Assembly (NCBI GenBank): GCA_964057225.1
Contig: OZ059895.1
Location: 17,298,001 to 17,362,000 of the forward strand
DNA from: Auanema rhodensis
Taxonomy: Eukaryota; Animalia; Nematoda
Direction of reading: 5' to 3'
Length of the DNA: 64,000 nucleotides
Both the position numbers and the translations under genes were made by a program. Under the pieces are notes generated by a model. It made no database searches. It was given only the letters and a program-made list of their open reading frames with translations, and was not told where the DNA came from. Every line of letters starts with the position of its first letter. Position 1 is the first letter of the stretch. Shown here in pieces: positions 35,394-47,900 of the stretch.

Positions 35394-35479
35394 TAGAGAG
35401 AGAGAGATAGAGAGAGGTATATATATATAGAGAGAGAGATAGAGATAACAAAAACAAAACCTACTCGCTTATCGCGACA
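35087..35479 (-). repeat. 5' LTR of element 2 (393 bp)
   Basis: Direct repeat of 28304-28700; minus-strand termini TGTCGCG...CGCCACA; AATAAA on the minus strand at 35155-35160; (GA)n/(TA)n microsatellite. Confidence 0.96.
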
Positions 35480-35561
35480 TGAAATATTTTACTTCAATAC
35501 GGAGCAGTATTGTTAAAAGTGACAAAGTGATTATTATCGACAAATGAAAACAACTTATTAA

Positions 35562-35633
35562 GCCTCATTGGCTCAGGGGCAGAGCGTCTGTCTAGTAAAC
35601 AGAAGGTCGCTGGTTCGATTCCAGCATGAGGCA
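35562..35633 (+). tRNA. tRNA-Thr(AGT), intact copy 82 bp downstream of insertion 2
   Basis: Complete 72-nt cloverleaf with A and B boxes. Confidence 0.93.
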
Positions 35634-38600
35634 TCGTTTTAGACTTTTTCAAACTATTTTGAGGATTAATTCGTGCTTCTTGAAGCTTTTACTTCAGGTT
35701 ACATCTTCTCTTATTCTCTTATTTAATGTTTCAATTGAATATGTACACGCATTGTTGAAAGTGACTAAGAGATTATTATCGACAAATGAAAATAACTTAT
35801 CAAGCCTCATTGGCTCAGGGGCAGAGCGTCTGTCTAGTAAACATTCCAGCTTGAGGCATCGTTTTAGACTTTCTCAAACTATTTTGAGGATTAATTCGTG
35901 CTTCTTGAAGCTTTTACTTCAGGATACATCTTCTCTTATTCATTAGAATGAAATATTTTACTTCAATACGGAGCAGTATTGTTAAAAGTGACTAAGAGAT
36001 TATTATCGACAAATGAAAACAACTTATCAAGCCTCATTGGCTCAGGGGCAGAGCGTCTGTCTAGTAAACATTCCAGCTTGAGGCATCGTTTTAGACTTTT
36101 TCAAACTATTTTGAGGATTAATTCGTGCTTCTTGAAGCTTTTACTTCAGGATACATCTTCTCTTATTCTCTTATTTAATGTTTCAATTGAATATGTACAC
36201 GCATTGTTGAAAGTGACTAAGAGATTATTATCGACAAATGAAAATAACTTATCAAGCCTCATTGGCTCAGGGGCAGAGCGTCTGTCTAGTAAACATTCCA
36301 GCTTGAGGCATCGTTTTAGACTTTCTCAAACTATTTTGAGGATTAATTCGTGCTTCTTGAAGCTTTTACTTCAGGATACATCTTCTCTTATTCATTAGAA
36401 TGAAATATTTTACTTCAATACGGAGCAGTATTGTTAAAAGTGACTAAGAGATTATTATCGACAAATGAAAACAACTTATCAAGCCTCATTGGCTCAGGGG
36501 CAGAGCGTCTGTCTAGTAAACATTCCAGCTTGAGGCATCGTTTTAGACTTTTTCAAACTATTTTGAGGATTAATTCGTGCTTCTTGAAGCTTTTACTTCA
36601 GGATACATCTTCTCTTATTCATTAGAATGAAATATTTTACTTCAATACGGAGCAGTATTGTTAAAAGTGACTAAGAGATTATTATCGACAAATGAAAACA
36701 ACTTATCAAACCTCATTGGCTCAGGGGCAGAGCGTCTGTCTAGTAAACATTCCAGCTTGAGGCATCGTTTTAGACTTTTTCAAACTATTTTGAGGATTAA
36801 TTCGTGCTTCTTGAAGCTTTTACTTCAGGTTACATCTTCTCTTATTCTCTTATTTAATGTTTCAATTGAATATGTACACGCATTGTTGAAAGTGACTAAG
36901 AGATTATTATCGACAAATGAAAATAACTTATCAAGCCTCATTGGCTCAGGGGCAGAGCGTCTGTCTAGTAAACATTCCAGCTTGAGGCATCGTTTTAGAC
37001 TTTCTCAAACTATTTTGAGGATTAATTCGTGCTTCTTGAAGCTTTTACTTCAGGATACATCTTCTCTTATTCATTAGAATGAAATATTTTACTTCAATAC
37101 GGAGCAGTATTGTTAAAAGTGACTAAGAGATTATTATCGACAAATGAAAACAACTTATCAAGCCTCATTGGCTCAGGGGCAGAGCGTCTGTCTAGTAAAC
37201 AAAAGGTCGCTGGTTCGATTCCAGCATGAGGCATCGTTTTAGACTTTTTCAAACTATTTTGAGGATTAATTCGTGCTTCTTGAAGCTTTTACTTCAGGTT
37301 ACATCTTCTCTTATTCATTCAAATGAAATGTTTCAATTGAATATGTACACGCATTGTTGAAAGTGACTAAGAGATTATTATCGACAAAAGAAAATAACTT
37401 ATCAAGCCTCATTGGCTCAGGGGCAGAGCGTCTGTCTAGTAAACATTCAAGCTTGAGGCATCTTTTTAGACTTTCTCAAACTATTTTTAGGATTTATTCG
37501 TGCTTCTCGAAGCTTTTACTTCAGGTTACATCTTCTCTTATTCATTCGATTGAAATATTTTACTTCAATACGGAGCAGTATTGTTAAAAGTGACAAAGTG
37601 ATTATTAACGACAAATCAAAACAACTTATCAAGCCTCATTGGCTCAGGGGCAGAGCGTCTGTCTAGTCGATTCCAGCATGAGGCATCGTTTTAGACTTTC
37701 TCAAACTATTTTGAGGATTAATTCGTGCTTCTTGAAGCTTTTACTTCAGGTTACATCTTCTCTTATTCATTCGAATGAAATATTTTACTTCAATACGGAG
37801 CAGTATTGTTGAAAGTGACTAAGAGATTATTATCGACAAATGAAAACAACTTATCAAGCCTCATTGGCTCAGGGGCAGAGCGTCTGTCTATTAAACATTC
37901 CAGCATGAGGCATCTTTTTAGACTTTTTCAAACTATTTTGAGGATTAATTCGTGCTTCTTGAAGCTTTTACTTCAGGTTACATCTTCTCTTATTCATTCA
38001 AATGAAATGTTTCAATTGAATATGTACACGCATTGTTGAAAGTGACTAAGAGATTATTATCGACAAAAGAAAATAACTTATCAAGCCTCATTGGCTCAGG
38101 GGCAGAGCGTCTGTCTAGTAAACATTCAAGCTTGAGGCATCTTTTTAGACTTTCTCAAACTATTTTTAGGATTTATTCGTGCTTCTCGAAGCTTTTACTT
38201 CAGGTTACATCTTCTCTTATTCATTCGATTGAAATATTTTACTTCAATACGGAGCAGTATTGTTAAAAGTGACAAAGTGATTATTAACGACAAATCAAAA
38301 CAACTTATCAAGCCTCATTGGCTCAGGGGCAGAGCGTCTGTCTAGTAAACATTCCAGCATGAGGCATCTTTTTAGACTTTTTCAAACTATTTTGAGGATT
38401 AATTCGTGCTTCTTGAAGCTTTTACTTCAGGTTACATCTTCTCTTATTCATTCAAATGAAATGTTTCAATTGAATATGTACACGCATTGTTGAAAGTGAC
38501 TAAGAGATTATTATCGACAAAAGAAAATAACTTATCAAGCCTCATTGGCTCAGGGGCAGAGCGTCTGTCTAGTAAACATTCAAGCTTGAGGCATCTTTTT

Positions 38601-40627
38601 AGACTTTCTCAAACTATTTTTAGGATTTATTCGTGCTTCTCGAAGCTTTTACTTCAGGTTACATCTTCTCTTATTCATTCGATTGAAATATTTTACTTCA
38701 ATACGGAGCAGTATTGTTAAAAGTGACAAAGTGATTATTAACGACAAATCAAAACAACTTATCAAGCCTCATTGGCTCAGGGGCAGAGCGTCTGTCTAGT
38801 CGATTCCAGCATGAGGCATCGTTTTAGACTTTCTCAAACTATTTTGAGGATTAATTCGTGCTTCTTGAAGCTTTTACTTCAGGTTACATCTTCTCTTATT
38901 CATTCGAATGAAATATTTTACTTCAATACGGAGCAGTATTGTTGAAAGTGACTAAGAGATTATTATCGACAAATGAAAACAACTTATCAAGCCTCATTGG
39001 CTCAGGGGCAGAGCGTCTGTCTAGTAAACATTCCAGCATGAGGCATCTTTTTAGACTTTCTCAAACTATTTTGAGGATTAATTCGTGCTTCTTGAAGCTT
39101 TTACTTCAGGTTACATCTTCTCTTATTCATTCGAATGAAATATTTAACTTCAATACGGAGCAGTATTGTTGAAAGTGACTAAGAGATTATTATCGACAAA
39201 TGAAAATAACTTATCAAGCCTCATTGGCTCAGGGGCAGAGCGTCTGTCTAGTCGATTCCAGCATGAGGTATCGTTTTAGACTTTCTCAAACTATTTTGAG
39301 GATTAATTCGTGCTTCTTGAAGCTTTTACTTCAGGTTACATCTTCTCTTATTCATTCGAATGAAATATTTAACTTCAATACGGAGCAGTATTGTTGAAAG
39401 TGACAAAGTGATTATTATCGACAAATGAAAACAACTTATCACGCCTCATTGGCTCAGGGGCAGAGCGTCTGTCTAGTAAACAGAAGGTCGCTGGTTCGAT
39501 TCCAGCATGAGGCATCGTTTTAGACTTTTTCAAACTATTTTGAGGATTAATTCGTGCTTCTTAAGCTTTTACTTCAGGTTACATCTTCTCTTATTCATTC
39601 GAATGAAATATTTTACTTCAATACGGAGCAGTATTGTTAAAAGTGACTAAGAGATTATTATCGAGAAATGAGAATAACTTATCAAGCCTCATTGGCTCAG
39701 GGGCAGAGCGTCTGTCTAGTAAACAGAAGGTCGCTGGTTCGATTCCAGCATGAGGCATCGTTTTAGACTTTTTCAAACTATTTTGAGGATTAATTCGTTC
39801 TTCTTGAAGCTTTTACTTCAGGTTACATCTTCTCTTATTCATTCGAATGAAATATTTTATTTCACTACGGAGCAGTATTGTTGAAAGTGACTAAGAGATT
39901 ATTATCGACAAATGAAAATAACTTATCAAGCCTCATTTTCTCAGGGGCAGAGCGTCTGTCTAGTAAACATTCCAGCATGAGGCATCTTTTTAGACTTTCT
40001 CAAACTATTTTGAGGATAAATTCGTACTTCTTGAAACTTTTGCTTCAGGTTACATCTTCTCTTATTCATTCGAATGAAATATTTTACTTCAATACGGAGC
40101 AGTATTGTTAAAAGTGACAAAGTGATTATTAGCGACAAATGAAAACAACTTATCAAGCCTCATTGGCTCAGGGGCAGAGCGTCTGTCTAGTAAACAGAAG
40201 GTCGCTGGTTCGATTCCAGCATGAGGCATCGTTTTAGACTTTTTCAAACTATTTTGAGGATTAATTCGTGCTTCTTGAAGCTTTTACTTCAGGTTACATC
40301 TTCTCTTATTCATTCAAATGAAATGTTTCAATTGAATATGTACACGCATTGTTGAAAGTGACTAAGAGATTATTATCGACAAATGAAAATAACTTATCAA
40401 GCCTCATTTTCTCAGGGGCAGAGCGTCTGTCTAGTAAACATTCCAGCATGAGGCATCTTTTTAGACTTTCTCAAACTATTTTGAGGATAAATTCGTACTT
40501 CTTGAAACTTTTGCTTCAGGTTACATCTTCTCTTATTCATTCGAATGAAATATTTTACTTCAATACGGAGCAGTATTGTTAAAAGTGACAAAGTGATTAT
40601 TAGCGACAAATGAAAACAACTTATCAA

Positions 40628-41919
40628 GCCTCATTGGCTCAGGGGCAGAGCGTCTGTCTAGTAAACAGAAGGTCGCTGGTTCGATTCCAGCATGAGGCAT
40701 CGTTTTAGACTTTTTCAAACTATTTTGAGGATTAATTCGTGCTTCTTGAAGCTTTTACTTCAGGTTACATCTTCTCTTATTCATTCAAATGAAATGTTTC
40801 AATTGAATATGTACACGCATTGTTGAAAGTGACTAAGAGATTGTAATCAAGAAATAAAATAAATTCAACATACCTCATTGGCTCAGGGGCAGAGCGTCTG
40901 TCTAGTAAACAGAAGGTCGCTGGTTCGATTCCAGCATGAGGCATCGTTTTAGACTTTTTCAAACTATTTTGAGGATTAATTCGTGCTTCTTGAAGCTTTT
41001 ACTTCAGGTTACATCTTCTCTTATTCATTCAAATGAAATGTTTCAATTGAATATGTACACGCATTGTTGAAAGTGACTAAGAGATTGTAATCAAGAAATA
41101 AAATAAATTCAACATGCCTCATTGGCTCAGGGGCAGAGCGTCTGTCTAGTAAACAGAAGGTCGCTGGTTCGATTCCAGCATGAGGCATCGTTTTAGACTT
41201 TTTCAAACTATTTTGAGGATTAATTCGTGCTTCTTGAAGCTTTTACTTCAGGTTACATCTTCTCTTATTCATTCAAATGAAATGTTTCAATTGAATATGT
41301 ACACGCATTGTTGAAAGTGACTAAGAGATTGTAATCAAGAAATAAAATAAATTCAACATGCCTCATTGGCTCAGGGGCAGAGCGTCTGTCTAGTAAACAG
41401 AAGGTCGCTGGTTCGATTCCAGCATGAGGCATCTTTTTAGACTTTCTCAAACTATTTTTAGGATTCATTCGTGCTTCTCGAAGCTTTTACTTCAGGTTAC
41501 ATCTTCTCTTATTCATTCGAATGAAATATTTTACTTCAATACGGAGCAGTATTGTTAAAAGTGACAAAGTGTTTATTATCGACAAATGAAAACAACTTAT
41601 CAAGCCTCATTGGCTCAGGGGCAGAGCGTCTGTCTAGTAAACAGAAGGTCGCTGGTTCGATTCCAGCATGAGGCATCGTTTTACACTTTTTCAAACTATT
41701 TTGAGGATTAATTCGTGCTTTTTGAAGCTTTTACTTCAGGTTACATCTTCTCTTATTCATTCGAATGAAATATTTTACTTCAATACGGAGCAGTATTGTT
41801 AAAAGTGACAACGTGATTATTATCGACAAATGAAAACAACTTATTAAGCCTCATTGGCTCAGGGGCAGAGCGTCTGTCTAGTAAACAGAAGTTTGCTGGT
41901 TCGATTCCAGCATGAGGCA
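40628..41919 (+). tRNA. Run of six full-length tRNA-Thr(AGT) copies (starts 40628, 40872, 41116, 41360, 41604, 41848)
   Basis: 244-bp spacing; the copy at 40872 has G1A; the copy at 41848 has variable loop AGTTT instead of AGGTC. Confidence 0.88.
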
Positions 41920-44900
41920 TCGTTTTACACTTTTTCAAACTATTTTGAGGATTAATTCGTGCTTCTTGAAGCTTTTACTTCAGGTTACATCTTCTCTTAT
42001 TCATTCAAATGAAATGTTTCAATTGAATATGTACACGCATTGTTGAAAGTGACTAAGAGATTATTATCGACAAATGAAAACAACTTATCAAGCCTCATTG
42101 GCTCAGGGGCAGAGCGTCTGTCTAGTAAACATTCCAGCTTGAGGCATCTTTTTAGACTTTCTCAAACTATTTTGGAATTAATTCGTGCTTCTTGAAGCTT
42201 TTACTTCAGGTTACATCTTCTCTTATTCATTAGAATGAAATATTTTACTTCAATACGGAGCAGTATTGTTAAAAGTGACTAAGAGATTATTATCGACAAA
42301 TGAAAACAACTTATCAAGCCTCATTGGCTCAGGGGCAGAGCGTCTGTCTAGTAAACATTCCAGCATGAGGCATCTTTTTAGACTTTCTCAAACTATTTTG
42401 GAATTAATTCGTGCTTCTTGAAGCTTTTACTTCAGGTTACATCTTCTCTTATTCATTAGAATGAAATATTTTACTTCAATACGGAGCAGTATTGTTAAAA
42501 GTGACTAAGAGATTATTATCGACAAATGAAAACAACTTATCAAGCCTCATTGGCTCAGGGGCAGAGCGTCTGTCTAGTAAACATTCCAGCTTGAGGCATC
42601 TTTTTAGACTTTCTCAAACTATTTTGGAATTAATTCGTGCTTCTTGAAGCTTTTACTTCAGGTTACATCTTCTCTTATTCATTAGAATGAAATATTTTAC
42701 TTCAATACGGAGCAGTATTGTTAAAAGTGACTAAGAGATTATTATCGACAAATGAAAACAACTTATCAAGCCTCATTGGCTCAGGGGCAGAGCGTCTGTC
42801 TAGTAAACATTCCAGCATGAGGCATCTTTTTAGACTTTCTCAAACTATTTTTAGGATTCATTCGTGCTTCTCGAAGCTTTTACTTCAGGTTACATCTTCT
42901 CTTATTCATTCGAATGAAATATTTTACTTCAATACGGAGCAGTATTGTTAAAAGTGACTAAGAGATTATAATCGAGAAATGAGAATAACTTATCAAGCCT
43001 CATTGGCTCAGGGGCAGAGCGTCTGTCTAGTCGATTCCAGCATGAGGCATCGTATTACACTTTATCAAACTATTTTGAGGATTAATTCGTTCTTCTTGAA
43101 GCTTTTACTTCAGGTTACATCTTCTCTTATTCATTCGAATGAAATATTTTACTTCAATACGGAGCAGTATTATTGAAAGTGACTAAGAGATTATTATCGA
43201 CAAATGAGAATAACTTATCAAGCCTCATTGGCTCAGGGGCAGAGCGTCTGTCTAGTCGATTCCAGCATGAGGCATCTTTTTAGACTTTCTCAAACTATTT
43301 TTAGGATTCATTCGTGCTTCTTGAAGCTTTTACTTCAGGTTACATCTTCTCTTATTCATTCAAATGAAATGTTTCAATTGAATATGTACACGCATTGTTG
43401 AAAGTGACTAAGAGATTATATCGAGAAATGAGAATAACTTATTAAGCCTCATTGGCTCAGGGGCAGAGCGTCTGTCTAGTAAACAGAAGGTCGCTGGTTC
43501 GATTCCAGCATGAGGCATCGTTTTAGACTTTCTCAAACTATTTTGAGGATTAATTCGTGCTTTTTGAAGCTTTTACTTCAGGTTACATCTTCTCTTATTC
43601 ATTCGAATGAAATATTTTACTTCAATACGGAGCAGTATTGTTAAAAGTGACAAAGTGATTACTATCGACAAATGAAAACAACTTATCAAGCCTCATTGGC
43701 TCAGGGGCAGAGCGTCTGTCTAGTAAACAGAAGGTCTCTGGTTCGATTCCACCATGAGGCATCTTTTTAGACTTTCTCAAACTATTTTTAGGATTCATTC
43801 GTGCTTCTCGAAGCTTTTACTTCAGGTTACATCTTCTCTTATTCATTCGAATGAAATATTTTACTTCAATACGGAGCAGTATTGTTAAAAGTGACTAAGA
43901 GATTATAATCGAGAAATGAGAATAACTTATCAAGCCTCATTGGCTCAGGGGCAGAGCGTCTGTCTAGTCGATTCCAGCATGAGGCATCGTTTTACACTTT
44001 ATCAAACTATTTTGAGGATTAATTCGTTCTTCTTGAAGCTTTTACTTCAGGTTACATCTTCTCTTATTCATTCAAATGAAATATTTTACTTCAATACGGA
44101 GCAGTATTATTGAAAGTGACTAAGAGATTATTATCGACAAATGAGAATAACTTATCAAGCCTCATTGGCTCAGGGGCAGAGCGTCTGTCTAGTCGATTCC
44201 AGCATGAGGCATCGTTTTAGACTTTCTCAAACTATTTTGAGGATTAATTCGTGCTTTTTGAAGCTTTTACTTCAGGTTACATCTTCTCTTATTCATTCGA
44301 ATGAAATATTTTACTTCAATACGGAGCAGTATTGTTAAAAGTGACAAAGTGATTACTATCGACAAATGAAAACAACTTATCAAGCCTCATTGGCTCAGGG
44401 GCAGAGCGTCTGTCTAGTAAACAGAAGGTCGCTGGTTCGATTCCAGCATGAGGCATCTTTTTAGACTTTCTCAAACTATTTTGAGGATTAATTCGTTCTT
44501 CTTGAAGCTTTTACTTCAGGTTACATCTTCTCTTATTCATTCAAATGAAATATTTTACTTCAATACGGAGCAGTATTGTTGAAAGTGACTAAGAGATTAT
44601 TATCGACAAATGAAAATAACTTATCAAGCCTCATTTTCTCAGGGGCAGAGCGTCTGTCTAGTAAACATTCCAGCATGAGGCATCTTTTTAGACTTTCTCA
44701 AACTATTTTGAGGATTAATTCGTTCTTCTTGAAGCTTTTACTTCAGGTTACATCTTCTCTTATTCATTCGAATGAAATATTTTATTTCAATACGGAGCAG
44801 TATTGTTAAAAGTGACAAAGTGATTACTATCGACAAATGAAAACAACTTATCAAGCCTCATTGGCTCAGGGGCAGAGCGTCTGTCTAGTAAACAGAAGGT

Positions 44901-47900
44901 CGCTGGTTCGATTCCAGCATGAGGCATCTTTTTAGACTTTCTCAAACTATTTTGAGGATTAATTCGTTCTTCTTGAAGCTTTTACTTCAGGTTACATCTT
45001 CTCTTATTCATTCGAATGAAATATTTTACTTCAATACGGAGCAGTATTGTTAAAAGTGACAAAGTGATTATTAGCGACAAATGAAAACAACTTATTAAGC
45101 CTCATTGGCTCAGGGGCAGAGCGTCTGTCTAGTAAACAGAAGGTCGCTGGTTCGATTCCAGTATGAGGCATCGTTTTAGACTTTTTCAAACTATTTTGAG
45201 GATTAATTCGTGCTTCTTGAAGCTTTTACTTCAGGTTACATCTTCTCTTATTCATTCAAATGAAATGTTTCAATTGAATATGTATACGCATTGTTGAAAG
45301 TGACTAAGAGATTGTAATCAAGAAATAAAATGAATTCAACATGCCTCATTGGCTCAGGGGCAGAGCGTCTGTCTAGTAAACAGAAGGTCGCTGGTTCGAT
45401 TCCAGCATGAGGCATCTTTTTAGACTTTCTCAAACTATTTTTAGGATTCATTCGTGCTTCTCGAAGCTTTTACTTCAGGTTACATCTTCTCTTATTCATT
45501 CGAATGAAATATTTTACTTCAATACGGAGCAGTATTGTTAAAAGTGACAAAGTGTTTATTATCGACAAATGAAAACAACTTATCAAGCCTCATTGGCTCA
45601 GGGGCAGAGCGTCTGTCTAGTAAACAGAAGTTTGCTGGTTCGATTCCAGCATGAGGCATCGTTTTACACTTTTTCAAACTATTTTGAGGATTAATTCGTG
45701 CTTCTTGAAGCTTTTACTTCAGGTTACATCTTCTCTTATTCATTCAAATGAAATGTTTCAATTGAATATGTACACGCATTGTTGAAAGTGACTAAGAGAT
45801 TATTATCGACAAATGAAAACAACTTATCAAGCCTCATTGGCTCAGGGGCAGAGCGTCTGTCTAGTAAACATTCCAGCTTGAGGCATCTTTTTAGACTTTC
45901 TCAAACTATTTTGGAATTAATTCGTGCTTCTTGAAGCTTTTACTTCAGGTTACATCTTCTCTTATTCATTAGAATGAAATATTTTACTTCAATACGGAGC
46001 AGTATTGTTAAAAGTGACTAAGAGATTATTATCGACAAATGAAAACAACTTATCAAGCCTCATTGGCTCAGGGGCAGAGCGTCTGTCTAGTAAACATTCC
46101 AGCATGAGGCATCTTTTTAGACTTTCTCAAACTATTTTGGAATTAATTCGTGCTTCTTGAAGCTTTTACTTCAGGTTACATCTTCTCTTATTCATTAGAA
46201 TGAAATATTTTACTTCAATACGGAGCAGTATTGTTAAAAGTGACTAAGAGATTATTATCGACAAATGAAAACAACTTATCAAGCCTCATTGGCTCAGGGG
46301 CAGAGCGTCTGTCTAGTAAACATTCCAGCTTGAGGCATCTTTTTAGACTTTCTCAAACTATTTTGGAATTAATTCGTGCTTCTTGAAGCATTTACTTCAG
46401 GTTACATCTTCTCTTATTCATTAGAATGAAATATTTTACTTCAATACGGAGCAGTTTTGTTGAAAGTGACTAAGAGATTATTATCGACAAATGAAAACAA
46501 CTTATCAAGCCTCATTGGCTCAGGGGCAGAGCGTCTGTCTAGTAAACATTCCAGCATGAGGCATCTTTTTAGACTTTCTCAAACTATTTTTAGGATTCAT
46601 TCGTGCTTCTCGAAGCTTTTACTTCAGGTTACATCTTCTCTTATTCATTCGAATGAAATATATTACTTCAATACGGAGCAGTATTGTTAAAAGTGACTAA
46701 GAGATTATAATCGAGAAATGAGAATAACTTATCAAGCCTCATTGGCTCAGGGGCAGAGCGTCTGTCTAGTAAACAGAAGGTCGCTGGTTCGATTCCAGCA
46801 TGAGGCATCTTTTTAGACTTTCTCAAACTATTTTTAGGATTCATTCGTGCTTCTCGAAGCTTTTACTTCAGGTTACATCTTCTCTTATTCATTCGAATGA
46901 AATATTTTACTTCAATACGGAGCAGTATTGTTAAAAGTGACTAAGAGATTATAATCGAGAAATGAGAATAACTTATTAAGCCTCATTGGCTCAGGGGCAG
47001 AGCGTCTGTCTAGTCGATTCCAGCATGAGGCATCTTTTTAGACTTTCTCAAACTATTTTTAGGATTCATTCGTGCTTCTTGAAGCTTTTACTTCAGGTTA
47101 CATCTTCTCTTATTCATTCGAATGAAATATTTTACTTCAATACGGAGCAGTATTGTTAAAAGTGACAAAGTGATTACTATCGACAAATGAAAACAACTTA
47201 TCAAGCCTCATTGGCTCAGGGGCAGAGCGTCTGTCTAGTAAACAGAAGGTCGCTGGTTCGATTCCAGCATGAGGCATCTTTTTAGACTTTCTCAAACTAT
47301 TTTTAGGATTCATTCGTGCTTCTCGAAGCTTTTACTTCAGGTTACATCTTCTCTTATTCATTCGAATGAAATATTTTACTTCAATACGGAGCAGTATTGT
47401 TAAAAGTGACTAAGAGATTATAATCGAGAAATGAGAATAACTTATCAAGCCTCATTGGCTCAGGGGCAGAGCGTCTGTCTAGTCGATTCCAGCATGAGGC
47501 ATCGTTTTACACTTTATCAAACTATTTTGAGGATTAATTCGTTCTTCTTGAAGCTTTTACTTCAGGTTACATCTTCTCTTATTCATTCGAATGAAATATT
47601 TTACTTCAATACGGAGCAGTATTATTGAAAGTGACTAAGAGATTATTATCGACAAATGAGAATAACTTATCAAGCCTCATTGGCTCAGGGGCAGAGCGTC
47701 TGTCTAGTCGATTCCAGCATGAGGCATCTTTTTAGACTTTCTCAAACTATTTTTAGGATTCATTCGTGCTTCTTGAAGCTTTTACTCCAGGTTACATCTT
47801 CTCTTATTCATTCGAATGAAATATTTTACTTCAATACGGAGCAGTATTGTTAAAAGTGACAAAGTGATTATTATCGACAAATGAAAACAACTTATCAAGC

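Larger units (their letters stand above)
28304..35479 (-). mobile_element. Env-bearing BEL/Pao (Cer/Atlas-like) LTR element, non-autonomous (RT/RNase H absent), 5-bp TSD TGAAA
   Basis: Two near-identical LTRs; TSD at 28299-28303 and 35480-35484; PBS, PPT-like tract, Gag-PR-IN-Env ORF. Confidence 0.96.
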
